Virus record (IMG/VR): IMGVR_UViG_3300027779_003464
Coordinates: 1-64,000 of that record
Reading direction: 5' to 3' (one strand)
Length of the DNA: 64,000 nucleotides
From: a virus
In this document: one piece after another, positions 8,873 through 18,534 of the stretch
How the letters are laid out: every line of letters starts with the position of its first letter
Numbering within the stretch: the first letter of the stretch is position 1
Notes under the pieces: model-generated
Database searches by the model: none
What the model saw: the letters and a program-made list of their open reading frames with translations, nothing else
Told to the model about the DNA's origin: nothing
Made by a program: the position numbers and the translations under genes

Positions 8873-9919
8873 ATGACTGACTTTTTCGATTTACCGTCTG
8901 ATACTTTTGTTCAAAAAAGATCAGAGAGACGCACAGATACAAATATCTATAATCCAGATCCAAATTCGTTTAACGGATCATATAAATCTGTATTTAGATT
9001 TGTACCATACATTCACGACAAAACCTTAAGCAAATACACTAAGTATTCTGCAAAATTCTATAATCCTTTAACTAAGGAATCTTTATTTGTAGATTGCCCT
9101 TCAAATGTAGGAAAACCTTCTATATTATGGGACTTAGAGAGAACAATTAGATCAATAAAAGATGAAGAGCCTGAGCTTTATAATCAATTAGATAGATCTT
9201 TTTCTAGATGGTATAGCCATTTCTCTCCTGTATATGTTAAAAAAGATCCACAGAGGCCTGAATTAGAGGGATCTGTTAAAATGTTTAAATTCTCTGCTCA
9301 AATTAATAATTTAATTGAGTCACAAATCAATCCAGAAGAAAATGAGCTTATTGAAACAGCACAGGGAGTCAATCCTTATCATCTTCTTAAAGGAAAAGAT
9401 TTTGTATGTATAGTTGGGAAGAAGACAAAAATATTTAGAGATTGGGGTAAATGTAAATTTATGGAAGAAGTTACTCCCCTTGTATTTAAAGTTGGAGATA
9501 AACAAGTAATTGTTGAAAATAATGAAAAATCCATTAATCTTGTTCAAGAATTTTTAAAGAAAAATACTCCAGTCTTAGATGAGTATAAACATCGAGAATG
9601 GACTGATGATACTTATAATAAAGTTGCAGAGTTTATGATTTCTACAATATCTAATAAGACAATACTTAATATGGTAATAGATAGAAGTAAAGATGAGAAA
9701 ATTAAAACCTTATTGAGAGCAAAATTATCAGGGAAGCCTGTAACTAATTCTACTCCCAAAGTAGAGGATGATTTAGTATTCTCTGGAACAAATAACGAGC
9801 CGTTTGCGAAAGAAAAAGTAGAGACTGCTGCTGCTCCAGCTGCTGCTCCAGTTGCTGCTGCAAAATCTGATAGCACTACTGGAAATGATGATTACGATGA
9901 TTTATTTTCAGACCTATAA
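8873..9919 (+). CDS. T4 gp32-like single-stranded DNA-binding protein
   Basis: FRFVP, VKKDPQRPELEGSVKMFKF, NPYHLLKGKDF, acidic tail DDYDDLFSDL; promoter AAAC-N16-GTACAA at 8812-8837. Confidence 0.8.
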   Translation: MTDFFDLPSDTFVQKRSERRTDTNIYNPDPNSFNGSYKSVFRFVPYIHDKTLSKYTKYSAKFYNPLTKESLFVDCPSNVGKPSILWDLERTIRSIKDEEPELYNQLDRSFSRWYSHFSPVYVKKDPQRPELEGSVKMFKFSAQINNLIESQINPEENELIETAQGVNPYHLLKGKDFVCIVGKKTKIFRDWGKCKFMEEVTPLVFKVGDKQVIVENNEKSINLVQEFLKKNTPVLDEYKHREWTDDTYNKVAEFMISTISNKTILNMVIDRSKDEKIKTLLRAKLSGKPVTNSTPKVEDDLVFSGTNNEPFAKEKVETAAAPAAAPVAAAKSDSTTGNDDYDDLFSDL

Positions 9920-9946
9920 TAAATATTTATAAAAAAACCAATTAAA

Positions 9947-10321
9947 ATGGCGAAAAACAAAAATTTAAAGAAAGTAGAAGATGATTCTACTGAAGATGTA
10001 ATGGTAAAAGAAGCTGGTGAACAAAGACCTAATCAAAAAGAAGCTCCCGATGCACCTGGAACTCCTGAAGATTCAAAGAAGGGACATGTTTTACTAGGTA
10101 CTATTTCTTATCAAAGTTTAGAAGATTACGAGAAATTTCTTAATAATTTAGATATAAATCAATCTTTATTCGTTTTAATATCAGGATGTGGATTCGCACA
10201 ATCTAGAGGAGCATATAGTTTAGAAGAATCTGAGCTAATATCTAGAGCTATAAAGACTATCAAGAAAACATCTGATTCCTCTCAACCGGCCAAGGATATT
10301 GCCAAGGAGGATAAAGAATAA
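9947..10321 (+). CDS. hypothetical protein
   Basis: ORF with A-rich leader inside the replication operon. Confidence 0.6.
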   Translation: MAKNKNLKKVEDDSTEDVMVKEAGEQRPNQKEAPDAPGTPEDSKKGHVLLGTISYQSLEDYEKFLNNLDINQSLFVLISGCGFAQSRGAYSLEESELISRAIKTIKKTSDSSQPAKDIAKEDKE

Positions 10322-10336
10322 AATTAAAAATGATAA

Positions 10337-11476
10337 ATGGATTTTGTTATAGATGGAAATGCATACTTAAATGTAGCACTAAGTGTTACAAGATCTATCC
10401 TTTATAAAGACAAGGGAGTAGGTAAAAAGTACTACGTCAATGATATTTTTAATGAAGGAAAACTTATTTTAAAGGAAGAAGTCAAGCTTCAATTCAAAAA
10501 ATTCTGTATAAGTTACTTAGGATCACTAATTGCGCCTGTTGGAAATAAACTCGAACAGGTGCATTTAGTGTTCGACTCAAGAAGTTGGAGAAAAGAATAT
10601 ATTACTAAAGCTTTTGAAAAAAATATATTTGATTCAGAAGTTGCTCCAGTAAAATTTGAGTATAAGGGAAACAGAAAAAGAGACGATAAAATATATCTAT
10701 TCTTTGAATATTTTCAAAAAGAAATAATTCCAGCTTTAGTAAGAGAAACTAATATAACTTATTACAGAATACCTGGAACAGAGGGAGACGATATCATTGC
10801 TTTTCTATGTGAAAGACTAGAAAATGATATACTAGCATATACAGTAGATGGAGATCTAAAACAATTAGTATATAATAAAGATAAAAATATTATTTTAATA
10901 TATCCTAAGCAGATGTCAAAACATAAGAAGGTATTTGTTCCTAAGGAATTACACCCAGATTTAGCTGATGACGAGGATGATAATTTCTTTTCTTTAACAG
11001 AATCTCATATAATAGAACCATCAATGTCTAGAACTATAAAGGTTCTAAAAAATAAAGATTATTTTGAATATGTAGTAGACCCAGTCACAGAAATATTTAC
11101 TAAAATACTAAGGGGAGACAAAAAGGACAATATTCCTAAGATTTATAAAATGACTCCAACTAAAACTAATAAATTAATATTAGACATCAAAAAAGATTAT
11201 GGAAATAGTGCAATCGATCTACTTGATGTTTTAGATAAAGATTTTATTAGTTATGTTGTTGAAAAAATAAGTATCCTAAATAAGATAACTGATCTTAATA
11301 AATTACATAATATTCAAAAACATTTTATATTTAATTCTAAAATAATAAGACTATCTTCTAGTCTTTTTCCTGAAAAAATAAAAAAATCTTTAGAAAATGA
11401 CTTGAAAAGTAAAACCTTTTTGCAGTTCGATAATAAAAGATTTAGTACTATAAAAAATAATATATCATTAATATGA
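10337..11476 (+). CDS. RNase H / 5'-3' flap exonuclease (T4 rnh-like)
   Basis: IDGN, FDSRSWRK, YKGNR, EGDD, DGDLKQL, GDKKDNIP. Confidence 0.85.
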   Translation: MDFVIDGNAYLNVALSVTRSILYKDKGVGKKYYVNDIFNEGKLILKEEVKLQFKKFCISYLGSLIAPVGNKLEQVHLVFDSRSWRKEYITKAFEKNIFDSEVAPVKFEYKGNRKRDDKIYLFFEYFQKEIIPALVRETNITYYRIPGTEGDDIIAFLCERLENDILAYTVDGDLKQLVYNKDKNIILIYPKQMSKHKKVFVPKELHPDLADDEDDNFFSLTESHIIEPSMSRTIKVLKNKDYFEYVVDPVTEIFTKILRGDKKDNIPKIYKMTPTKTNKLILDIKKDYGNSAIDLLDVLDKDFISYVVEKISILNKITDLNKLHNIQKHFIFNSKIIRLSSSLFPEKIKKSLENDLKSKTFLQFDNKRFSTIKNNISLI

Positions 11477-11772
11477 AACCACTATACGAAAGGATATTAA
11501 TTAAGCCTTTAGAAAAAGAAACAACAACTGCACATGGAATAATGCTTCCAGAAAAAGCAGTAAAGCGACCAAACTTAGGAATAGTAATAAAAGCTGGGCC
11601 TGGAACAAAACATCAGCCAATGGCAGTTAAAGAAGGAGACAAAATTATATGCAACCGATTTGCAGGAGTAGATATGATGTATAAAGGAGAAAAGCACTAT
11701 ATTGTAATGGCAAATGATGTAATTGCGATACTAGATTCATTTGATGATGTAAACCTGGAGGAATACGAATAA
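11473..11772 (+). CDS. groES: co-chaperonin GroES
   Basis: MKPLYERILIKP..TTAHGIMLPE..AGPG..VKEGD. Confidence 0.9.
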   Translation: MKPLYERILIKPLEKETTTAHGIMLPEKAVKRPNLGIVIKAGPGTKHQPMAVKEGDKIICNRFAGVDMMYKGEKHYIVMANDVIAILDSFDDVNLEEYE

Positions 11773-11774
11773 AG

Positions 11775-11882
11775 ATGGTGACTGCTATAATATTACATAC
11801 TAGTCTATATCTATTCTTTTTTGCTCTAGGATATAAGATTGGAAGAAAAGTAGAAAAATATGAAAATAACCAAAAACAATAA
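11775..11882 (+). CDS. small membrane peptide (35 aa), absent from the ORF track
   Basis: MVTAIILHTSLYLFFFALGYKIGRKVEKYENNQKQ fills the gap between neighbouring genes. Confidence 0.5.
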   Translation: MVTAIILHTSLYLFFFALGYKIGRKVEKYENNQKQ

Positions 11883-11887
11883 TATAT

Positions 11888-12103
11888 ATGTTACCCGAAT
11901 TATTTGACATGCTGGAGTCAGACTGTCTAGCACAGATTAAAAAAGCTAAATTAAGCCTAGAATTACTAGGAAACAAATCATCAGGAATTGGAGATCATTC
12001 GACTACTGATTTCTATAAAAATGCTAATGACGCACTATCTAGCTTAGCTGATGCAGAGGATAAAATAGATTGCCTATATAAGAATTATCCAAAAATATTA
12101 TAA
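11888..12103 (+). CDS. hypothetical protein
   Basis: 71-aa ORF containing GIGDHS, in operon context. Confidence 0.6.
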   Translation: MLPELFDMLESDCLAQIKKAKLSLELLGNKSSGIGDHSTTDFYKNANDALSSLADAEDKIDCLYKNYPKIL

Positions 12104-12167
12104 AATAAATTAAAACCTTCCCATAAGGTGCAGTATTAGATATAATCGTTAAAACAATATTACTATT

Positions 12168-13607
12168 ATGAAATTTATGGAAGCTTTAAAATCAAAAAAC
12201 AAAGAGACTGAAAATGGGATGCCTACTAATTCCACATCTCTTAATAATTGTCTAGATCTATTCTTTAGATCAGGTGCAATGAGAGCATCTTCTCCTATTG
12301 AAATAAACACACTTATCACTAAAGCATTTTCTGAAGATCCTGCCAGGGCAATAAAGATATTATTCTGGGTAAGGGATATTAGAGGAGGAGCAGGAGAAAG
12401 AAGATTCTTTAGAGTATCAATGAGACACCTATCTAGTTTATTTCCTAATAAAATGTCTAAGGTCTTACCTTTAATTCCAGAATATGGAAGATGGGATGAC
12501 CTAGTGTCCCTTGAAGGGACTAAAGTAGAAAGACAAGTATTACTTATTATAGAGGGAGCTTTGTTAAACGAGGATGCCCTATGTGCTAAGTGGATGCCTA
12601 GAAAGGGAACGTTTGCTAATAAACTTAGAAAATACTTAGGGTGGTCGCCAAAACAATATAGAAAAAAATTAGTTGAATTAACTAAGGTTGTTGAAACACA
12701 AATGTGTGCCAAAGAGTTTGATAAAATAGAGTATTCTAAGGTTCCTTCTTTAGCTATGTCTAGATATGGTAGAGCATTTATAAAAAATGACGAGAATAGA
12801 TTTGGCGAGTATGTAAAAGACTTACTTGATAATAAAGATGGAGTTAAAATTAATGCCGGAGCCGTATATCCATATGATGTAATAAAAGGAATGAGAGCAG
12901 GAAATGAAGCATCTCAATCTCAATGGAATAACCTTCCTAATTATATGGAAGAAAATAAAGAAAGAATTCTTCCCCTAGTCGACGTTTCAGCTTCAATGAC
13001 CAGTACGTGCGGTGGAAATCTAACATGTTTAGACGTTGCCTTGTCACTTGGTTTATATATAAGTGAAAGAAACATTGGTCCATATAAAGATCACTTTATA
13101 ACATTTTCTGGAGCACCGGAGCTTCAACATTTATCTGGAGATTTAATGTCAAGATTACAACAATTAGAAACTGCCAATTGGGATCAGAATACTGATTTAT
13201 CTTTAGTATTTGATTTAATATTAAATCAAGCAATAAAACATAATATTTCTACAGAAGAAATGCCAACTCAGTTACTAATACTATCTGATATGGAATTTGA
13301 TGAGGCAGTAGATACTAATTCTGGATGGAGTGAGGAAATTTCAGATTGGAATCCAAATGCACAGGAAATGATATCTAAAAAATATAATGAGGCTGGATAC
13401 CAAGTTCCAAATATTATATATTGGAATATACAAAGTAGAGGTTCAAATATTCCAGTAAAATTTAATGAAGATGGAACTGCTCTAATAAGTGGATTTTCTC
13501 CCTCAATATTAAAATCTATTCTAAGTGGATCTAATATAAATCCATTAGATATAATGGATAATACAATATTTAACGAAAGATATGATAAAATTATTTTAGA
13601 AAAATAA
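12168..13607 (+). CDS. TROVE-like + vWA protein (Ro60/DUF2828-type RNA-binding protein)
   Basis: TENG, RDIRGGAGER, YGRWDD, AKWMPR, VPSLAM, vWA MIDAS DVSASM..ITFS..LSDMEFD, IIYWN, ALISGFSP; promoter AAAC-N16-GTATTA at 12113-12138. Confidence 0.85.
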   Translation: MKFMEALKSKNKETENGMPTNSTSLNNCLDLFFRSGAMRASSPIEINTLITKAFSEDPARAIKILFWVRDIRGGAGERRFFRVSMRHLSSLFPNKMSKVLPLIPEYGRWDDLVSLEGTKVERQVLLIIEGALLNEDALCAKWMPRKGTFANKLRKYLGWSPKQYRKKLVELTKVVETQMCAKEFDKIEYSKVPSLAMSRYGRAFIKNDENRFGEYVKDLLDNKDGVKINAGAVYPYDVIKGMRAGNEASQSQWNNLPNYMEENKERILPLVDVSASMTSTCGGNLTCLDVALSLGLYISERNIGPYKDHFITFSGAPELQHLSGDLMSRLQQLETANWDQNTDLSLVFDLILNQAIKHNISTEEMPTQLLILSDMEFDEAVDTNSGWSEEISDWNPNAQEMISKKYNEAGYQVPNIIYWNIQSRGSNIPVKFNEDGTALISGFSPSILKSILSGSNINPLDIMDNTIFNERYDKIILEK

Positions 13608-13623
13608 TATAAATATATAAATA
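13608..13623 (+). promoter_or_regulatory. tandem T4-type late promoter motif TATAAATA x2 ahead of the putative ncRNA cassette
   Basis: TATAAATA at 13608-13615 and at 13616-13623; AT-rich context lowers significance. Confidence 0.5.
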
Positions 13624-13626
13624 AAA

Positions 13627-13681
13627 GGGATAGTTACAGCAAACACTAACTATAGAAATCAAACATCTACAAATCTATCCC
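13627..13681 (+). ncRNA. putative TROVE-associated small RNA, unit 1
   Basis: Closing stem gggatag/ctatccc with TTACAGCAAACACTA directly 3' of the 5' strand. Confidence 0.6.
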
Positions 13682-13694
13682 GATTTTTAATTAA

Positions 13695-13746
13695 AGGATT
13701 GCTACAGCAAATACTACTTACATAACTAATATGAAAAGTCAATCCT
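13695..13746 (+). ncRNA. putative TROVE-associated small RNA, unit 2
   Basis: Closing stem aggattg/caatcct (compensatory changes vs unit 1) with CTACAGCAAATACTA. Confidence 0.6.
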
Positions 13747-13753
13747 GTATTAT

Positions 13754-13784
13754 AAAAGAGTAACTTAACGGTTGCTCTTTTTTT
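13754..13784 (+). terminator. intrinsic terminator after the ncRNA cassette
   Basis: aaaagagtaac-ttaacg-gttgctcttttttt. Confidence 0.75.
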
Positions 13785-13790
13785 ATAAAC

Positions 13791-13821
13791 AAAAAAAGGG
13801 AAGCCTTTCAGCCTCCCTTTT
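13791..13821 (-). terminator. intrinsic terminator of the OMP operon
   Basis: aaaagggaggc..gcttcccttttttt on the minus strand. Confidence 0.65.
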
Positions 13822-13839
13822 CAATTAAACAATGATACT

Positions 13840-14064
13840 TTACTTCTTGTCGATCAACCTAACCAGTAATATTACTGCTAATAACCCCACAAATCCAGAG
13901 TTTCCTAAAGATTCAATAATTGCGGTTACGTTTCCAATGACATCAACACCAAATACAGGTGCTCCAAAAAGTACTTGAACTAATATTCCAACTGATAACA
14001 GTGTCATAAGAGTTTCTCCTACTCCGTCAAAGAAATTTTTAATCATTTTAAAAATGTTTTCCAT
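13840..14064 (-). CDS. small membrane protein
   Basis: Two hydrophobic segments, 74 aa. Confidence 0.65.
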   Translation of the reverse strand: MENIFKMIKNFFDGVGETLMTLLSVGILVQVLFGAPVFGVDVIGNVTAIIESLGNSGFVGLLAVILLVRLIDKK

Positions 14065-14106
14065 CTTATTTTGATTTTTTTTGGTTTTGGCATTACTACC
14101 ACTGAC

Positions 14107-14523
14107 TTAAAATTTAAGCCCGAATCCAAGAGTTAGATTAGTGGTTTTTAAACCAGAATCATAAATAACCTTTGGATCTACGAAAATACTTTCATTATGA
14201 AATGAGAACATTTTGCCTACTCCCAGTTTAAGACCTTCCGTAGAAAATCCATCACTTTCGATGCATGCAAAGTACTCATTCCAAAAGTATCTCGCGGTAA
14301 AATCTAAATCTAGATCAGCACTCGAGTCAGCCTGTGCAACTGAACATCCAACAACTAAGTTGTTTGTAAAGCCATATCCTACAGTAGGACTAACCGACCA
14401 GTCGGTCCACGAAACATTCCCGATGTCTCCTGTTCCAACATACCAATCACCTTTTGCCTGACCGTTTGATGTATAGCAAACTGCTAACATACAAACTAAT
14501 AAGCTCAAAAAGAATTTTTTCAT
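14107..14523 (-). CDS. small outer-membrane beta-barrel protein (Bacteroidota type)
   Basis: Signal peptide, AKGDWYVG, SPTVGYGFTNNLVVG, ARYF, C-terminal LGFGLKF BAM signal. Confidence 0.7.
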   Translation of the reverse strand: MKKFFLSLLVCMLAVCYTSNGQAKGDWYVGTGDIGNVSWTDWSVSPTVGYGFTNNLVVGCSVAQADSSADLDLDFTARYFWNEYFACIESDGFSTEGLKLGVGKMFSFHNESIFVDPKVIYDSGLKTTNLTLGFGLKF

Positions 14524-14658
14524 TTGTTACTTGATTTTTTTAATTTAGAATCTAAAAACACATAAATCTGCTACGAGTTTCTAAACCCTATTGCGCATAA
14601 TTGTTAATTACGCATTTGTAAAACAATAAAAAATTGGGATAAACAATTTGATTTTTTT

Positions 14659-14694
14659 AAAAAAAAAGGAGAAAACCGCTAGGCTCTCTCCTTT
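14659..14694 (-). terminator. intrinsic terminator after tail sheath
   Basis: aaaggagagagcc-tagc-ggttttctccttttttt on the minus strand. Confidence 0.75.
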
Positions 14695-14701
14695 AGTTTT
14701 T

Positions 14702-17629
14702 TTAGAAGCTAGGCGTAAATCCAGTAGAATCTGAACTTAATTGGCCATCAGCTCTAGTAATAGTAATCCTATTAATAAATTTATGAATTCCTCTTGGGAA
14801 ATTAACTAATACATCAAGTATAGCTGAGTTATTTTCAATAACCTCAGTCGTATTATTTGAAGCATCAAATATAACTTCGTAAGAAGATAATCCTCTAGCA
14901 GCAACTACTGAATCCATATAGTTTTCAACAATAGTTTTTACTCTTAATCTAGTAATTTCGTCATTGAAATCAAATAAGAAATTAAATAAGATTCTAGCAA
15001 GATCTTTTTCAATAGTAGAAAGATTATCTCTAACGTGAGCATTATTCAATGCTGAGTTAATCTTCTGATATGCTGTATTATTTGAGAATAATAAGATACC
15101 AAACCCTCTTCTCTTAACAATTAAGTTATGTCCAATAGGCTCTAAGAAATCTCTATCTTCGTTTGTAAGTTCATATTCAACCCCTACTAATTCAGGATCG
15201 GTTATAACTCCTCGCTTACCTCCAGCTACAATCATAAATGGCGTACCATTTTTGAATTTTCTAACATATAAGTTAGAAATATATGCTGCGGGAGGAACTG
15301 ACATATTTCTATTACCATTTCTAATTATTAAATTAGGGAAAGTAAAATTAGAATATGACGATAACGGAACTCCATTAACATCTTCTTCAGCAAATGCAAA
15401 AGTATAGCTAGGATTCAAGTTTAAATCTCCTCCTTCAGAAATTAATCTAGCAGAAACAAGTTTATTAGAAGTATCAATAAAGCTTGGATCAACTGATTGT
15501 TCAAATTGCTCAATAGATGGAGAATTTAACAATGCCATTGCTTGTCCGTGCATTGCAGCAAGTTTAGCTAAGTAATATTTAGAGCTAGAAGATATTTCAC
15601 CCTCATATGTATCTACAATATATCTAAAGTCGATTACTTCTTTTCCAGCAAGTGCTTCAGGTATAGATGTATAATCAAATAAGTATGATAATATATCTTG
15701 TTGTCTAGCAGCAGTAGAATTAGGAAGTAACGCGTTTCTAAGTTTAAATCCTGATAAAAATTGTCCTCTAAGAGTATCTACAAAATTATGAATTCCCTTA
15801 TAAACAGATATCGTATTGTTACTAACCTCTAGTCCAGAAATTTCATCAACACTAGGAGCCATCGTAGTAACAGTATATTCTAATCTATATGGACTTAACG
15901 TTTCTTTTGATTGAACCGCTATAATCTTATAAAGTTTAGTTCTAGTACTTCCAATTGTGTTTCCTTTAATATAGTGATTTACTTTTATAAATTCATCAAT
16001 TTCTGCTTTATTAGCAGGAGAAGCAGTCTCTATTCCTAAAATTAATTTATTAGGTTGAACTACTTGAAAATCAGTAAAGTAATTTGTATCTGATAAATCA
16101 AACTCTGCTTTAAAGTCTTTTTCATCAGCATTAATTCTAAAGTTATTCGAGTTTGGTCCCACATAAGAAACCGTACTTTGTTGATTTAATAAACTAGCAT
16201 CGGAATAGCTTTCAATACTAACGTAAGGAACAGCTCCACTATCTAAATTATCAGTAAATTTAGCGTATCCGATTATCGCATTAGAAGCATTTAAAAATTC
16301 ATCTCCAGATACAATAAATCCGTTTTTATATGAAACATAAGCATTAGTATCTTTACCTGCAGCATAATAATCATTACCCGATGCAGTTGCAGTAACCAAT
16401 ACACAATCTGCTCCCGTTAAAGTTCCACCTGCAAGTAATTGTGCTTCAGTAATTGAGGCAGTTTCTACATATATTAAATTACCATCCGCTGGTTTAGTGT
16501 AGCTTATTGTATCTAAAAGTGGTGTAGCTAATACTCCACCCGGTCCTTCACCATCATCTGCTGGTCTTATTGAATCATCGTATCCATGTCCAACAATATC
16601 TACTCTATGAGTATCTACTTCTTGATCTACATATGACGATGTTTCTAAATCAACTAAATCTAGTTTATCAGAATCTAATGAACATAAAATTCCAGTAGAT
16701 GGAAATAATCTATTAATTAATCTATCAATTGAAATTGAATTTCCAGATTGATCTATAAAGTCAGGAAGTAAGCATCCCACTGTTCTATTAATAACTTTAA
16801 TTTCTCTAAGTGCAAAGAATTCAGTAGATTTATCCTCTTTTAATCCGGTAGGCTCAAAATAAGTAGCATATACTGGATCCTTAGCTAATTTTAGATAATT
16901 AGTCCAGTCTCCTGCAACCATCATTACTTCAACCATATAGTCTGATATAAAATCATCCTTATGTAAATAAGTTGGGAATTCAATATCTGCGCCAACGGTG
17001 CTATACCATTCTTTTGCAGTTACATCAAATCCGCTAACATTTGCGCGTCTAACCCATATTGTAGCGTTAGTTTTGCCAGTGTTGCAGAATGATAGTATTT
17101 TATTAGATGGTGATGATACCATACCTAGTCCTCCAGGATTAGTAACAAAGTCATCACCTAAGTCTAAATTTTTAGTTCGGTTTAAGTATTCAGAGCTAGC
17201 AAACCACAATCTTCTCTTATTAAAGAAGTTAATAGTTGGCGATTGCTGTGGTCCAGTTAGATTGTTATATGATGATGATTCAGTATTAAAGGTAGTAAAA
17301 TAAGATTTATCTAAGTTTGTACTACCCTCTGTTGTATCAAGAGGCATCACATTTAAAGCAAATACTGGTCCTTCTCTTAAGGCAACCTCTATTGAGCGAT
17401 GGAAGTAACTCCCCGCTTTTTCTAATTTAGAGTCAATCATGCCAAATACTGCATTTAATGTTCTAACATCATTAATTAGTACAACAGTATTAAAGGGTCC
17501 TACTCTACTAGATCCAACTACTAATCTACCAGTAGTTAAAGGAAGAGCAACATTTTCGCTTTGATCAATCTCGACGGTATATACTCCGCTAGACTTATAA
17601 TTATTTAAATTGATCGTTCTTTCAGCCAT
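14702..17629 (-). CDS. contractile tail sheath protein (gp18-like)
   Basis: SSGVYTVEID start, VPPAAY, AGGKRGVI, DRDFLEPIGHN, FDFNDEITR, DASNNTTEVIENN. Confidence 0.88.
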   Translation of the reverse strand: MAERTINLNNYKSSGVYTVEIDQSENVALPLTTGRLVVGSSRVGPFNTVVLINDVRTLNAVFGMIDSKLEKAGSYFHRSIEVALREGPVFALNVMPLDTTEGSTNLDKSYFTTFNTESSSYNNLTGPQQSPTINFFNKRRLWFASSEYLNRTKNLDLGDDFVTNPGGLGMVSSPSNKILSFCNTGKTNATIWVRRANVSGFDVTAKEWYSTVGADIEFPTYLHKDDFISDYMVEVMMVAGDWTNYLKLAKDPVYATYFEPTGLKEDKSTEFFALREIKVINRTVGCLLPDFIDQSGNSISIDRLINRLFPSTGILCSLDSDKLDLVDLETSSYVDQEVDTHRVDIVGHGYDDSIRPADDGEGPGGVLATPLLDTISYTKPADGNLIYVETASITEAQLLAGGTLTGADCVLVTATASGNDYYAAGKDTNAYVSYKNGFIVSGDEFLNASNAIIGYAKFTDNLDSGAVPYVSIESYSDASLLNQQSTVSYVGPNSNNFRINADEKDFKAEFDLSDTNYFTDFQVVQPNKLILGIETASPANKAEIDEFIKVNHYIKGNTIGSTRTKLYKIIAVQSKETLSPYRLEYTVTTMAPSVDEISGLEVSNNTISVYKGIHNFVDTLRGQFLSGFKLRNALLPNSTAARQQDILSYLFDYTSIPEALAGKEVIDFRYIVDTYEGEISSSSKYYLAKLAAMHGQAMALLNSPSIEQFEQSVDPSFIDTSNKLVSARLISEGGDLNLNPSYTFAFAEEDVNGVPLSSYSNFTFPNLIIRNGNRNMSVPPAAYISNLYVRKFKNGTPFMIVAGGKRGVITDPELVGVEYELTNEDRDFLEPIGHNLIVKRRGFGILLFSNNTAYQKINSALNNAHVRDNLSTIEKDLARILFNFLFDFNDEITRLRVKTIVENYMDSVVAARGLSSYEVIFDASNNTTEVIENNSAILDVLVNFPRGIHKFINRITITRADGQLSSDSTGFTPSF

Positions 17630-17644
17630 TTCGTTTAAGATATT

Positions 17645-17658
17645 TTTTATTATTTATT
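17645..17658 (-). promoter_or_regulatory. late promoter AATAAATAATAAAA
   Basis: About 15 nt upstream of the sheath ATG. Confidence 0.65.
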
Positions 17659-17742
17659 CTATTAAACCAATAATAAATCTAAAAAATATGTAAAATTGAA
17701 GATCCTAATAGTATATTGACAGTATAAAAAACAAAAAGGTTT

Positions 17743-18246
17743 ATGCGAATATTTAAGATCAGAGACGTAAAGACTCCAACAAGAGGAACAAATATGTCTG
17801 CTGGGATAGATTTATACATCCCAAATGATTTTTATATTAAAAAAGGAGATGAACTACATCCTGCTCCTTCGTATGATAAAGACGAACAATCATTAAAATT
17901 AGAGCCGGGAGAATCCGCCCTTATTCCATCCGGAATAAGAGCAAATGTTCCAAAAGATAGAGCATTAGTTGCTTTTAATAAAAGCGGTGTCTCTGTAAAA
18001 AAGAATTTAATGGTTGGGGCATGTGTAATAGATGAAGATTATACTGGAGAAATACACATAGATATAAAAAATGTAGGAAATAAAAGAACTTGGATAACAT
18101 CAGGTGATAAAATAATACAATTATTATGTATACCTGTTGATTATGTTGATATAGAAGTCTCTGATTCGGAGTTAGAATGTTTTGGAGATTCAATAAATAC
18201 GTCAGAAAGAGGCTCCGGTGGATTTGGATCAACTGGAACTAAATAA
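17743..18246 (+). CDS. dut: trimeric dUTPase
   Basis: SAGIDL, KSG, VIDEDYTGE, GDKIIQL, ERGSGGFGSTG. Confidence 0.92.
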   Translation: MRIFKIRDVKTPTRGTNMSAGIDLYIPNDFYIKKGDELHPAPSYDKDEQSLKLEPGESALIPSGIRANVPKDRALVAFNKSGVSVKKNLMVGACVIDEDYTGEIHIDIKNVGNKRTWITSGDKIIQLLCIPVDYVDIEVSDSELECFGDSINTSERGSGGFGSTGTK

Positions 18247-18262
18247 AAAAAAGAATAATGAT

Positions 18263-18523
18263 ATGAAGATAGTTAAAGATAATGAAGGAAAAAATCAAGA
18301 CGCACAGCCTAATACAGAAGCGCCTGGATTAAATGTAAATATTAAAGACTCTGAAGAAGTAGTATGTGACAGTTGCGGAGGAAAGATTTTTCAAGAAAAA
18401 ATGATGATTAGAAAATTATCTAAATTTATGACTGGATCTGACCGTGATAGCATTACACCAATTCCAGTGATTGCATGTGCTGATTGTAATCACATAAACG
18501 ATATATTTAAACCAAATATCTAA
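18263..18523 (+). CDS. small Zn-ribbon protein
   Basis: CDSC..CADC; ATG at 18263 after an A-rich leader preferred to the overlapping start at 18218. Confidence 0.6.
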   Translation: MKIVKDNEGKNQDAQPNTEAPGLNVNIKDSEEVVCDSCGGKIFQEKMMIRKLSKFMTGSDRDSITPIPVIACADCNHINDIFKPNI

Positions 18524-18534
18524 AGAGTAAATAT

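Noticed and set aside
9826-9862. gctgctgctcca tandem repeats in gp32
   Set aside because: Encode the low-complexity Ala/Pro linker before the acidic tail; ordinary
13627-13746. Mini-CRISPR array or tRNA interpretation of the repeated units
   Set aside because: Only two units; the conserved parts are a covarying end-to-end stem rather than identical repeats; no cas genes in the window and no cloverleaf or T-loop
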